This document shows positions 1 through 8,745 of a stretch of 14,376 nt of DNA, piece after piece. The stretch comes from Deinococcaceae bacterium (GTDB lineage Bacteria; Deinococcota; Deinococci; Deinococcales; Trueperaceae). The notes under the pieces were generated by a model that made no database searches, was not told the origin of the DNA, and saw only the letters and a program-made list of their open reading frames with translations. Both the position numbers and the translations under genes were made by a program. The stretch is taken from the NCBI GenBank assembly GCA_040256005.1, contig JBDZWC010000077.1, positions 1-14,376 on the forward strand, given 5' to 3'. Positions within the stretch are counted from its first letter, which is position 1. Every line of letters begins with the position of its first letter.

Positions 1-758
1 AGGCGAGCGTCGACCGGCACCCTGGCGTCGTCGGAGACGGTGACGACCTCCGACGGGAGGTCGTGGTGCGAGACGAGCTTGTCTACGACCTCCAGCCCGC
101 GGCGGCCGCGTTGGCGCCTGAGAGGGTCGTCGGAGTCCGCCAGACGCTGGAGCTCGGCGAGGACGAAGTGCGGCACGAGCAGCCTGCCGTCCACGAAGTT
201 GGATTCGGCGACGTCGAGGATGCGGCCGTCTATGAGCGCCGAGCTGTCGATGACCTTGTCGTGCCACGGCCCGGCAGAGGCCGCTATGGCAGCGCCGGCC
301 GACCGCAGCCCGGGCAGCACGCTTCGGTTCGCCACGAAGAACCCGGCGCAGCCGAGCACCGCGATGACGGCGATGAGGACCGACCAGTACCAGGTGAAGC
401 CAGGGATGTCGGCCAGCACCGTGTTGACGAGGATGGTCAGCACGAGGCCAACGGTGGCGCCTACGAGCACCGCGACCACCACGTCGGGGCGGAGCGACGT
501 CACGCGGTCCATGGTCCGGGCCCACGCGCGGCCCGCCCGGCGGGCCGGGCCGCGGGTCAGGAGCAGCGCGGAGAGCCCGCCCACCACGGTCAGGTAGAAG
601 AGGTTGTTGGGGCCCGCCAGCAGGCCCCGAGGCTCGAGCAGGGTCAGGCTGATGAAGTAGGCAGCCGCCGCCCCCAGCAGCGAGAACAGCCCGCTCGCGA
701 CGGCGGAGCCCAGGCGCTCGTCCGACGCGCCGACGTGGCGCTCCTCGCCCTTGCTCAC
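1..758 (-). CDS. Membrane-anchored PIN/TRAM-domain protein (YacL family), 3' end truncated by the window edge
   Basis: Missing from the ORF track because there is no stop inside the window. Manual translation gives hydrophobic segments (GLFSLLGAAAAYFISLTLL, VVVAVLVGATVGLVLTILVNT, WYWSVLIAVIAVLGCAGFFV), then a PIN domain KVIDSSALIDGRILDVAESNFVDGRLLVPHFVLAELQRLADSDDPLRRQRGRRGLEVV..VDARL. GTG at 758 has AGAGGA 9 nt upstream; an alternative in-frame GTG at 797 overlaps the radA stop. The TRAM domain is expected beyond the edge and is not seen. Confidence 0.9.
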   Translation of the reverse strand, partial: MSKGEERHVGASDERLGSAVASGLFSLLGAAAAYFISLTLLEPRGLLAGPNNLFYLTVVGGLSALLLTRGPARRAGRAWARTMDRVTSLRPDVVVAVLVGATVGLVLTILVNTVLADIPGFTWYWSVLIAVIAVLGCAGFFVANRSVLPGLRSAGAAIAASAGPWHDKVIDSSALIDGRILDVAESNFVDGRLLVPHFVLAELQRLADSDDPLRRQRGRRGLEVVDKLVSHHDLPSEVVTVSDDARVPVDAR

Positions 759-793
759 GTCGCCCTGTCCTCTACGCTCGGCGGCCGCGCGGT

Positions 794-2116
794 TCACGAG
801 CCCTCCCAGACAGCTTCCAGCGCTTCTGCCAGGGTACCCGCACCACGCACGCGCTCGGAAGACCTGGGTCCGACCACGTGGTGGAAGCCCGCCCGCTCGG
901 CCTCCTGCACACGCCTCGCCAGCTGGCTCACGCTGCGCAGCTCGCCGGCGAGTCCGACCTCACCTACCAGCGCCGTGGACTCGGCGACGGGGCGGTTCGT
1001 TACGGCGGAGTAAGCGGCGACCGCCACGGCCAGGTCGGCCCCAGGGTCCGTGACGCGCAGGCCACCAGCCACGTTCACGTAGACGTCCAGTCCTTCGAGC
1101 GGCAGGCCCAGCCTGCGCTCCAGGACGGCCAGCACCACGTCGACGCGACGCTGGTCCAGGCCCTGGACGACGCGCCTGGGGGCGGCGTAAGGGCTCTTCG
1201 ACGCCAGCGCCTGCACCTCGAGCAGGAGCGGCCGCTGGCCCTCGAGCACCGCGGCCACCACCGAGCCGGGCACGCCGTGCGGGCGCTCGGCCAGGAACGC
1301 GACCGACGGGTTCGCGACCTCCTTGAGCCCCTCGGAAGTCATCTCGAAGACGCCCACCTCGCCGGTGGCGCCGAAGCGGTTCTTGAGCGAACGCAGGACC
1401 CTGAGGTCGCCGGCCGACTCCAGAGCCAGCGTCGCGTCGACCATGTGCTCGACCACCTTCGGGCCCGCGACGGTGCCTTGCTTGGTGACGTGCCCGATGA
1501 GGACCAGGGCAGCGCCTGACTCCTTGGCGGCGCCTATGAGGACGGCGGTGGAGTCGCGCACCTGGGCCAGGGCGCCGGGCACGCCGCCATCACCCAGCGT
1601 CATGGTCTGGATGGAGTCCACGATCGCCAGCCGGGGCCGCCGCGCCCGCAGGTAGGCCGCTACGGCCTCGGCCTCCGTCTGGCGGGTCAGCGCCAGGCCG
1701 TCGCCCACCCGCAGGCGGTCTGCTCGCAGGCGCACCTGCAGCGGAGACTCCTCGCCCGCCACGTAGAGGACGTCGGCCCCTGTTGCGGCCGCGAACGCCG
1801 CCAGCTGCAACAGGAGCGTGGACTTGCCGATGCCCGGTTCGCCCGTCAAGAGCACGGCGGAGCCGGCGACGAAGCCGCCTCCCAGGACGCGGTCCACCTC
1901 CACGGCGCCGGAGGGGAAGCGCGCCGGCGCGTCGCCCTCGATGCCGAGCAGCGCGAGGGTCTGCGCCGGCACGGCGTCCCGTGGCCCCCGCGCGGGAGAC
2001 AGCGCCTCGTCCTCGACGACGGTGCCCCACGAGCCGCAGCGGGTGCAGCGGCCCAGCGGGGCTGGGCTCTTGGCGCCGCACTCCGTGCAGACGTAAGCGC
2101 TGGCTACGCGGGCCAA
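794..2116 (-). CDS. radA: DNA repair protein RadA/Sms (440 aa)
   Basis: C4 zinc finger CTEC..CTRC, Walker A GEPGIGKS, IVDSIQT, KNRFG motif, Lon-like C-terminus (VYVNVAGG, DLAVA, GEVGLAGELR). Start trimmed from the ORF track (2296) to TTG at 2116, just before the zinc finger, with GGGGA upstream. Confidence 0.97.
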   Translation of the reverse strand: MARVASAYVCTECGAKSPAPLGRCTRCGSWGTVVEDEALSPARGPRDAVPAQTLALLGIEGDAPARFPSGAVEVDRVLGGGFVAGSAVLLTGEPGIGKSTLLLQLAAFAAATGADVLYVAGEESPLQVRLRADRLRVGDGLALTRQTEAEAVAAYLRARRPRLAIVDSIQTMTLGDGGVPGALAQVRDSTAVLIGAAKESGAALVLIGHVTKQGTVAGPKVVEHMVDATLALESAGDLRVLRSLKNRFGATGEVGVFEMTSEGLKEVANPSVAFLAERPHGVPGSVVAAVLEGQRPLLLEVQALASKSPYAAPRRVVQGLDQRRVDVVLAVLERRLGLPLEGLDVYVNVAGGLRVTDPGADLAVAVAAYSAVTNRPVAESTALVGEVGLAGELRSVSQLARRVQEAERAGFHHVVGPRSSERVRGAGTLAEALEAVWEGS

Positions 2117-2219
2117 GGCTCGTCCCCGGCGGTGGGAGGTCGCATGCCGCGCAGCGTACCGAACGTGTCGGGGTAGGACCGTGGTGGAGACGGCAGAAAC
2201 TGGTGGAGCCAGGGCGCCG

Positions 2220-4427
2220 TCAGACCAGCGGTACCGGGCGTGCGAAGACGGGCTTGCCTTCCTCGATCGTGACGAGGAGCGGCTCGTCCGAGCCATGGGC
2301 GAGGATCTCGAGGGACAGCGGGTCCTCTATGTACTCGCGCATGACGGCGCGTAGCGGCCTGGCGCTCTCGCCGGCGGGCAGCTTGTCGACGAGGAACTCG
2401 GCCACCTCCTTGGCGAACGTCACGTCTATGTCACGACCGGCGAGCTCGTGCCTGATCTCCTCGAGCGCCTGCTTGGCGATCTCCACGATGTGGTCACGCG
2501 CGAACGTGTCGAACGCGATGACCTCGTCGAGCCTATCGAGGAACTCGGGGGTGAAGAGGTTCTTGAGCGGGGCGTCGTGGCCCTGGCCGCTGTCCTCCTG
2601 GAAGCCGACGGTGCCGCCCCGATTGAACCCGGTGTTGCTGGTCATGATCAGGATCACGCGCCTGAAGTCCACGGTGCGACCCAGCCCGTCGGTGAGCCGG
2701 CCGTCGTCGAGCACCTGCAAGAAGGTGTTGTAGATGTCCGGGTGCGCCTTCTCGATCTCGTCGAGCAGCACCACGCTGAACGGCTGCCGCCTGACGGCCT
2801 CGGTGAGCCTGCCGCCCTGCTCGTGCCCGACGTACCCGGGCGGTGCGCCGATCAGCTTGCTGATGGAGTGGGACTCCTGGAACTCGCTCATGTCCAGCCG
2901 CACCAGCGCGCGCTCGCTGCCGAACAGGAGCGACGCCAACTGCTTGGCCAGGAAGGTCTTGCCGATGCCGGAGGGGCCCACGAACAGGAACGACGCGGCC
3001 ACCCGGGTGCGGCCGCCCAGGCCTACGCGGGAGCGCCGCAGGGCGGCGCCGAGCGCCTTGATCGCCCGGTCCTGGCCGACCACCTTGTGCCGGAGGTCCT
3101 CCTCGATGTTGGCGAGCTTGCTGTCGTCCTGGTCGTCGACGTAGATGCCGCCCCAGGAGTCGACGACGGCCTCGAGGTCGGCCCGCCCCACGATGGGCGT
3201 GCCGTCCTCCTCCTCGATGACGGGGAAGCCGAGCGACTTGTTCAGGCGCGTGCGCGAGGCCGCCTCGTCGATGAGGTCTATGGCCTTGTCGGGGAAGTTG
3301 CGCCCCGGGAGGCTCCTCTCGCCGTAGCGCACCGCCATCTGCAGCATCTCATGCGGGATGACCACGCCGTGGTGCGCCTCGTACTTCTCCCGCAGTCCCA
3401 CGAGGATCTCGAGCGACTCCTCCGGCGTGGGCTCGAGCACGATGACGGGCTGGAAACGCCGCTCCAGCGCAGCGTCCTTCTCGATGTAGCGGTGGTACTC
3501 GCCCGTGGTCGTGGCGCCGATCACCTGGATCTCGCCCCGCGACAGCGGCGGCTTGAGGATGTTGGCCGCGTCCAAGGTGCCCTCGGCGCCGCCGGCTCCG
3601 ACGAGTGTGTGGAGCTCGTCGATGAAGGCGACGACACGGGCGCTGCGGAGCTCCTCGATGATCTGGCGGAGGCGCTCCTCGAACTCGCCGCGGTACTTGG
3701 TGCCGGCGACCACGTTGGAGAGGTCGATGGACAGCACGCGCACGCCGCCCAGGTTCGGCGGGACCCGCCCCTCGACGATCGCCTGTGCCAACCCCTCGAC
3801 GATCGCCGTCTTGCCCACGCCGGGCTCGCCGATGAGGACGGGGTTGTTCTTCGTCCGCCGGCTGAGGATCTGGATGACGCGCCTGATCTCCTCGGTGCGG
3901 CCGATCACGGGATCGAGCTTGCCATCCTGAGCGGCCTTGGTGAGGTCGCGGGCGTACTCGTCTAGGAACGGCGTGTTGACGGACTCCGCCTGGTTCTTGG
4001 GGTCGGCGGCCGCCAGGATGCGCCACCTGACGGTGTCGACGTCGCGCGTCAGCTCCTGCAGGATGCGATAGGCGACGCCGTCGCCCTCGCGGATGATGCC
4101 GAGGAGGATGTGCTCGGTGGCGATGACGTTGGAACCCAGGCTGCGGGCCTCGCTGCCCGCCAGCTCCATGACGCGGCGCGCGCGCGGGGTGATGGAGGCG
4201 GCCTCGTTACGCGGCAGGCCGTCGCCGCGGCCGACCATGCTCTCGACCTGCGTACGGAAGCCGTCAAGCGTGCCGCCGAACTCGGCGAGCACCTTCGAGG
4301 CGGTGCCGCCCTCGCGCATCAGGCCGAGCAGCAGGTGCTCCGGGCCGATCATCGCGTGGCCCAGCTTGCTGCCCTCTTCTCTTGCGAAGTGGAAGACCAG
4401 CCGGGCTCTGTCGTCGTAGCGGTTCAA
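2220..4427 (-). CDS. clpC: ATP-dependent Clp protease ATP-binding subunit, ClpC/ClpA family (735 aa)
   Basis: Two Clp N-terminal repeats (EHLLLGL, EHILLGI); NBD1 [26 protein letters not shown]2 [28 protein letters not shown]; ClpP-docking tripeptide VGF. TTG start with GGAGG 5 nt upstream. Confidence 0.93.
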   Translation of the reverse strand: MNRYDDRARLVFHFAREEGSKLGHAMIGPEHLLLGLMREGGTASKVLAEFGGTLDGFRTQVESMVGRGDGLPRNEAASITPRARRVMELAGSEARSLGSNVIATEHILLGIIREGDGVAYRILQELTRDVDTVRWRILAAADPKNQAESVNTPFLDEYARDLTKAAQDGKLDPVIGRTEEIRRVIQILSRRTKNNPVLIGEPGVGKTAIVEGLAQAIVEGRVPPNLGGVRVLSIDLSNVVAGTKYRGEFEERLRQIIEELRSARVVAFIDELHTLVGAGGAEGTLDAANILKPPLSRGEIQVIGATTTGEYHRYIEKDAALERRFQPVIVLEPTPEESLEILVGLREKYEAHHGVVIPHEMLQMAVRYGERSLPGRNFPDKAIDLIDEAASRTRLNKSLGFPVIEEEDGTPIVGRADLEAVVDSWGGIYVDDQDDSKLANIEEDLRHKVVGQDRAIKALGAALRRSRVGLGGRTRVAASFLFVGPSGIGKTFLAKQLASLLFGSERALVRLDMSEFQESHSISKLIGAPPGYVGHEQGGRLTEAVRRQPFSVVLLDEIEKAHPDIYNTFLQVLDDGRLTDGLGRTVDFRRVILIMTSNTGFNRGGTVGFQEDSGQGHDAPLKNLFTPEFLDRLDEVIAFDTFARDHIVEIAKQALEEIRHELAGRDIDVTFAKEVAEFLVDKLPAGESARPLRAVMREYIEDPLSLEILAHGSDEPLLVTIEEGKPVFARPVPLV

Positions 4428-4505
4428 GCGATCCTCCGCGCTGCCGGCGCTCTTACGAATGCGAGGACACGTTCACGGCGCTGTAAAAGCGCCCTCCGGG
4501 CCTGG

Positions 4506-4515
4506 TGCTATAGTA
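4506..4515. promoter_or_regulatory. Overlapping divergent -10 elements for glyQS (+) and clpC (-)
   Basis: Plus strand TG-C-TATAGT (4506-4514, extended -10). Minus strand TACTAT (4515-4510). It is an AT-rich patch in the divergent gap. No convincing -35 seen. Confidence 0.55.
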
Positions 4516-4611
4516 CCCGTCTGCCCGTGAGCCGGGCACGACATTCATTACGATTGCGCCGTCCGGCTTTAAGCGACACCTAATCGTCGGGCGCCACGTA
4601 CAGGGGCACGG

Positions 4612-5468
<857 letters not shown>

Positions 5469-5472
<4 letters not shown>

Positions 5473-7622
5473 GCCGCGACCTTCTGTTCGAGATCGGCAC
5501 CGAGGAGCTGCCCGACTGGTACGTGACGGACGGCTCGAGGTCGCTCGGCGCGTTGCTGCAGGAGCGGATGCAGGCGGTGGGACTGGGACCCTCTGCGGTG
5601 ACCGTCTACGCGACGCCCCGGCGGCTGGCGGTCGTCGCCACAGGGGTCCCGGAGAGAAGCGCCCAGCGGGTGACGGAGCGGCGCGGGCCCAGCGCCGCGG
5701 TCGCCTTCGACGCAGCCGGCGCGCCCACCAGGGCGGCGGAGGCGTTCGCGAGCTCCTCGGGCGTGAGCGTCGGCTCGCTACAGCGGCGCCAGACCGACCG
5801 CGGTGAGTACGTCTACGCGCAGGTGGTCAGCGGGGGCGAGCCGGCGGCGGCCGTGCTGCCCGACCTGCTCGCGACGCTGGTGGCCGATCTGCCCGCCCCG
5901 CGCAAGATGCGGTGGGCCGACGTCGAGACGCCGTTCGTCAGGCCGGTGGCGTGGCTGACGGCCCGGCTGGAAGAAGAGACGCTGCCCGTGCGGGCCGCCG
6001 GCGTCGGGGCCGGCGGGGCCACGCGGGGGCACCGCTTCCTGGCCCCAGGCGAGGTGGCCATCTCACGGCCGGCTGCGTACGCCGAGGCGCTGCGCGAGGC
6101 CTGGGTGCTGGCGGACGAAGCCGAGAGGCGCGAGGCCACGCGTGCGGCCGTGGCGGAGCTGGCCGGCTCGCAGGGGCTGACGCCGGTGGAAGACCCGGCG
6201 CTGCTCACGGAGGTAGGGAACCTCATCGAGTGGCCGTTCCCCATCCTGGGCCGGTTCTCCGCCGATTACCTCGAGCTGCCCGACGAGGTGCTGTTGGCCG
6301 TGATGGTCAAGCACCAGCGGTTCTTCCCGCTCCGGAGTGCCGACGGGTCGCTCGCCGCGGCCTTCGTTGGGGTGGCGAACAACCGCGTGTCGGACGAGGC
6401 CGTGGTGAGGCGGGGCTACGAGGACGTGCTGGCTGGCCGGCTCTACGACGCGCGTTTCTTCTGGCGCGCTGACCGCGAGCGCTCGCTCTCCCAGCACGCC
6501 TGGTCGCTCACCGGCATCGCGTTCCAGCGCGACCTGGGCTCGATGGCGGACAAGACCTCCCGCGTCGCCTCCGGCGCCGAGGCCGTCGCGGACGCTGTCG
6601 ACCTGAGCCAGGAGGCGCGGGCGGCCCTGGTCGCCGCCACGCCGCTGTTCAGGGCGGACCTGGCGACGCAGATGGTCTACGAGTTCCCGGAGCTCGAGGG
6701 GGTCATGGCGCGTGCGTACGCGCTGGCGGAGGGGCAGCCAGAGCCGGTGGCCGACGCCCTGATGGGCGGTGTGATGCCCAAGGGGCCGGACGACCCGCTA
6801 CCGCCCACGGAGGCCGGCGCCGTGCTCGCCGTCGCCGATCGCCTCGACAAGCTCGTCGGCTTCTTCGCCCTGGGCAAGCGTCCGTCCGGCTCCGCCGACC
6901 CGTTCGGACTGCGCCGTGACGCCCACGGTCTCGTGAGGGTGCTGGCGGCCAGGGGCTGGCGCGCCTCGGTCCCGACCCTGGTGGAGGCCGCGGCCGCGGC
7001 CTACAGGGGCGGGCCGGTGGCCGTGGACGCCGGCACGTTGGACGAGGTCGCGGGGTTCGTCTGGGACCGCGTCGCCGCGCTCCTCGACGAGCGCGGCCTG
7101 AGGACGCAGGTGATAAGGGCGGCGGTCGAGGGCAGTCACACGGTGCTGGGCGCGCTGCGGCGCGGCGCGCTGCTCTCGCGGCTCGAGGAGACGGCGGGGT
7201 TCACCGACCTGATGGCTCTCTACAAGCGCGCCGCCAACCTCGCCGAGCGCTACGAGGGCGCCGTCGACGAGGACCCGGTGGACGCCGTCGATCCTACGCT
7301 GTTCGCCTCGCAGCAGGAGGAGGCGCTGCAGGCAGCGTTGCCGGCCGGGGCGAGCGGCGCGACCGCGCTGTTGGCTGCCGCGGTCGCCGCGTTGCCGCCG
7401 CACGACCCGGCGCACGGCGCGGGCGCGCTGACTGCGGTGGAGGTCGCCCTCGAGCCGGGGCTGTCCGACCTGCTGAGCCTGAAGGCGCCGCTGGACGCCT
7501 ACCTGGACGGGGTCCTGGTGATGGCCGAGGACGAGAAGCTGAGGCGCAACCGCCTGGCGCTGTTGGCGGCCGTGGTACACCCCCTGAGGCGCCTCGGGGC
7601 GCTCGAGCACCTGGCCGGCTAG
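5469..7622 (+). CDS. glyS: Glycine--tRNA ligase beta subunit
   Basis: [49 protein letters not shown], and C-terminal [20 protein letters not shown] overlap with the glyQ stop. Confidence 0.97.
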
Positions 7623-7652
7623 CCGGAACGTCTAACCCGAAGGCCACGAGGA

Positions 7653-7683
7653 ACGAGCACCCCGGGAGGACCGGGGTGCTCGT
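7653..7683. terminator. Hairpin between convergent glyS and tRNA-Leu; probable bidirectional terminator
   Basis: Perfect 13-bp stem ACGAGCACCCCGG-GAGGA-CCGGGGTGCTCGT. U-tracts are weak on both sides. Confidence 0.7.
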
Positions 7684-7695
7684 CTTGCGTCTGGC

Positions 7696-7782
7696 TGGTG
7701 CCGAAGGTGGGACTTGAACCCACACGTCCTCACGGACATACGACCCTGAATCGTACGCGTCTACCAGTTCCGCCACTTCGGC
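7696..7782 (-). tRNA. tRNA-Leu, anticodon CAG
   Basis: Reverse complement GCCGAAG TGGCGGAACTGGTAGACGCG TACGA TTCAGGG TCGTA TGTCCGTGAGGACGT GTGGG TTCAAGT CCCAC CTTCGGC A CCA: 7-bp acceptor stem, CAG anticodon, long variable arm, T-loop, discriminator A, encoded CCA. 87 nt. Confidence 0.98.
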
Positions 7783-7879
7783 AGGCTCGCCGCCGCGCGG
7801 GTGAGCGCGGGCGACAGCCGGTGACCCGGTCGGGTCTGGCGGCAGCCAGGGGCCGTGCCCGCCGCGCCGGCAAGTAGGG

Positions 7880-7888
7880 AGTGTACCA
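7880..7888 (-). promoter_or_regulatory. Putative extended -10 promoter of tRNA-Leu
   Basis: Minus strand TG-G-TACACT (7888-7880). TTGCGG at 7910-7905 lies 19 bp away, longer than the usual -35 spacing. Confidence 0.5.
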
Positions 7889-7953
7889 CGCCGGTACCGG
7901 GGCGCCGCAAGCCGGTCGGCCCGGCTTATCCTCGTTCGCGTGGGTGCCTCGCG

Positions 7954-8727
7954 ATGAGGGAAGACGTGGCCGCCAGGCCCGTCGCGCTGGTCACCGGAGG
8001 CGCCAGCGGGATCGGCCTCGCCATCGTCGAGAGGCTGGTCAGCGACGGCATGGAGGTCGTCGCGACCGACCTGCCTGGCGACGCCGGCCGCGCGACCGCC
8101 GAGGGGGCCGGAGCGTGGTTCGTGGGAGCCGATCTCACGCAGGAGGGGGCGTGCGCTGCGGTCGTGGAGCGAGCCGTTGGAGCCAAGGGGAGGCTCGACG
8201 TGCTCGTCTGCTGCGCCGGCTACCAGCACATCAGCTCCCTGCCCGACTTCCCCGAGGACCGTTGGCGGCACATGCTCGAGCTCATGCTCACCGCGCCGTT
8301 CCTTCTCACCAAGCACGCCTGGCCCCACCTGACCGCCAGCGACAGGGGGCGCATCGTCCACGTCGGCAGCGCCCACAGCCTGACCGCCAGCCCCTACAAG
8401 GCGGCGTACGTCAGCGCCAAGCACGGGCTGGTGGGGCTGGCGCGCACCACCGCCCTCGAGGGCGGGCCGCACGGCGTCACCTGCAACGTCGTCGCCCCCG
8501 CCTACACCCACACGCCGCTCGTGACGGCGCAGGTGGCCGACCAGGCGCGCACGCGCGGCATCTCCGAGGCGGAGGTCGAGGCCCAGGTCTTCCTCGGAGC
8601 CGTCGCCATCAAGCGGATGCTCGAGCCCGCCGACGTCGCCGGGCTCGTCTCCTACCTCGTCAGCGAGGCGGCGTGGGGTGTGACGGGGACCGTCCACTCC
8701 ATCGACCTGGGCTGGACGGCGAGCTGA
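7954..8727 (+). CDS. bdhA: 3-hydroxybutyrate dehydrogenase-like short-chain dehydrogenase (257 aa)
   Basis: TGGASGIG Rossmann motif, AGYQH, SAHSLTASPYKAAYVSAKHG (catalytic S and YxxxK, plus the Q, H and K residues typical of HBDH), TPLV, DLGWTA. Start at ATG 7954; alternative GTG 7966 has GAGGG upstream. TATCCT at 7927-7932 is a candidate -10. Confidence 0.85.
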   Translation: MREDVAARPVALVTGGASGIGLAIVERLVSDGMEVVATDLPGDAGRATAEGAGAWFVGADLTQEGACAAVVERAVGAKGRLDVLVCCAGYQHISSLPDFPEDRWRHMLELMLTAPFLLTKHAWPHLTASDRGRIVHVGSAHSLTASPYKAAYVSAKHGLVGLARTTALEGGPHGVTCNVVAPAYTHTPLVTAQVADQARTRGISEAEVEAQVFLGAVAIKRMLEPADVAGLVSYLVSEAAWGVTGTVHSIDLGWTAS

Positions 8728-8745
8728 GGGCGGACCGCCAAGCGC

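Noticed and set aside
2117..2296. 60-aa N-terminal extension of RadA in the ORF track
   Set aside because: It overlaps the clpC 3' end, and RadA proteins start just before the zinc finger. TTG 2116 fits better.
2161..4474. GACACGTTC upstream of both radA (minus, 2169-2161) and clpC (plus, 4466-4474) as an SOS-like box
   Set aside because: It is not a GAAC-N4-GTTC palindrome, the two copies face opposite ways relative to their genes, and the same 9-mer occurs inside the clpC coding sequence near 2502.
4527..4583. Short ORF from GTG 4527 ([18 protein letters not shown]) as a glyQS leader peptide
   Set aside because: It has no Gly codons, no SD, does not begin at the predicted TSS and is not coupled to the glyQ start.
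4428..4611. T-box, fluoride riboswitch, CIRCE, HAIR, CtsR or RDRM sites in the divergent gap
   Set aside because: No GGTGGnACC T-box bulge or terminator. The loose fluoride-riboswitch resemblance on the minus strand lacks the pseudoknot partner. No operator consensus matched by eye.
7696..7730. tRNA-Leu 3' end as the attachment site of an integrated element
   Set aside because: No integrase, no duplicate of the tRNA 3' end seen in the window, and glyS abuts it, so the site looks empty.
8728..8745. Terminator between the convergent SDR and aminopeptidase genes
   Set aside because: Only a 4-bp stem (GGCG-GAC-CGCC) with no U-tract, too weak to call.
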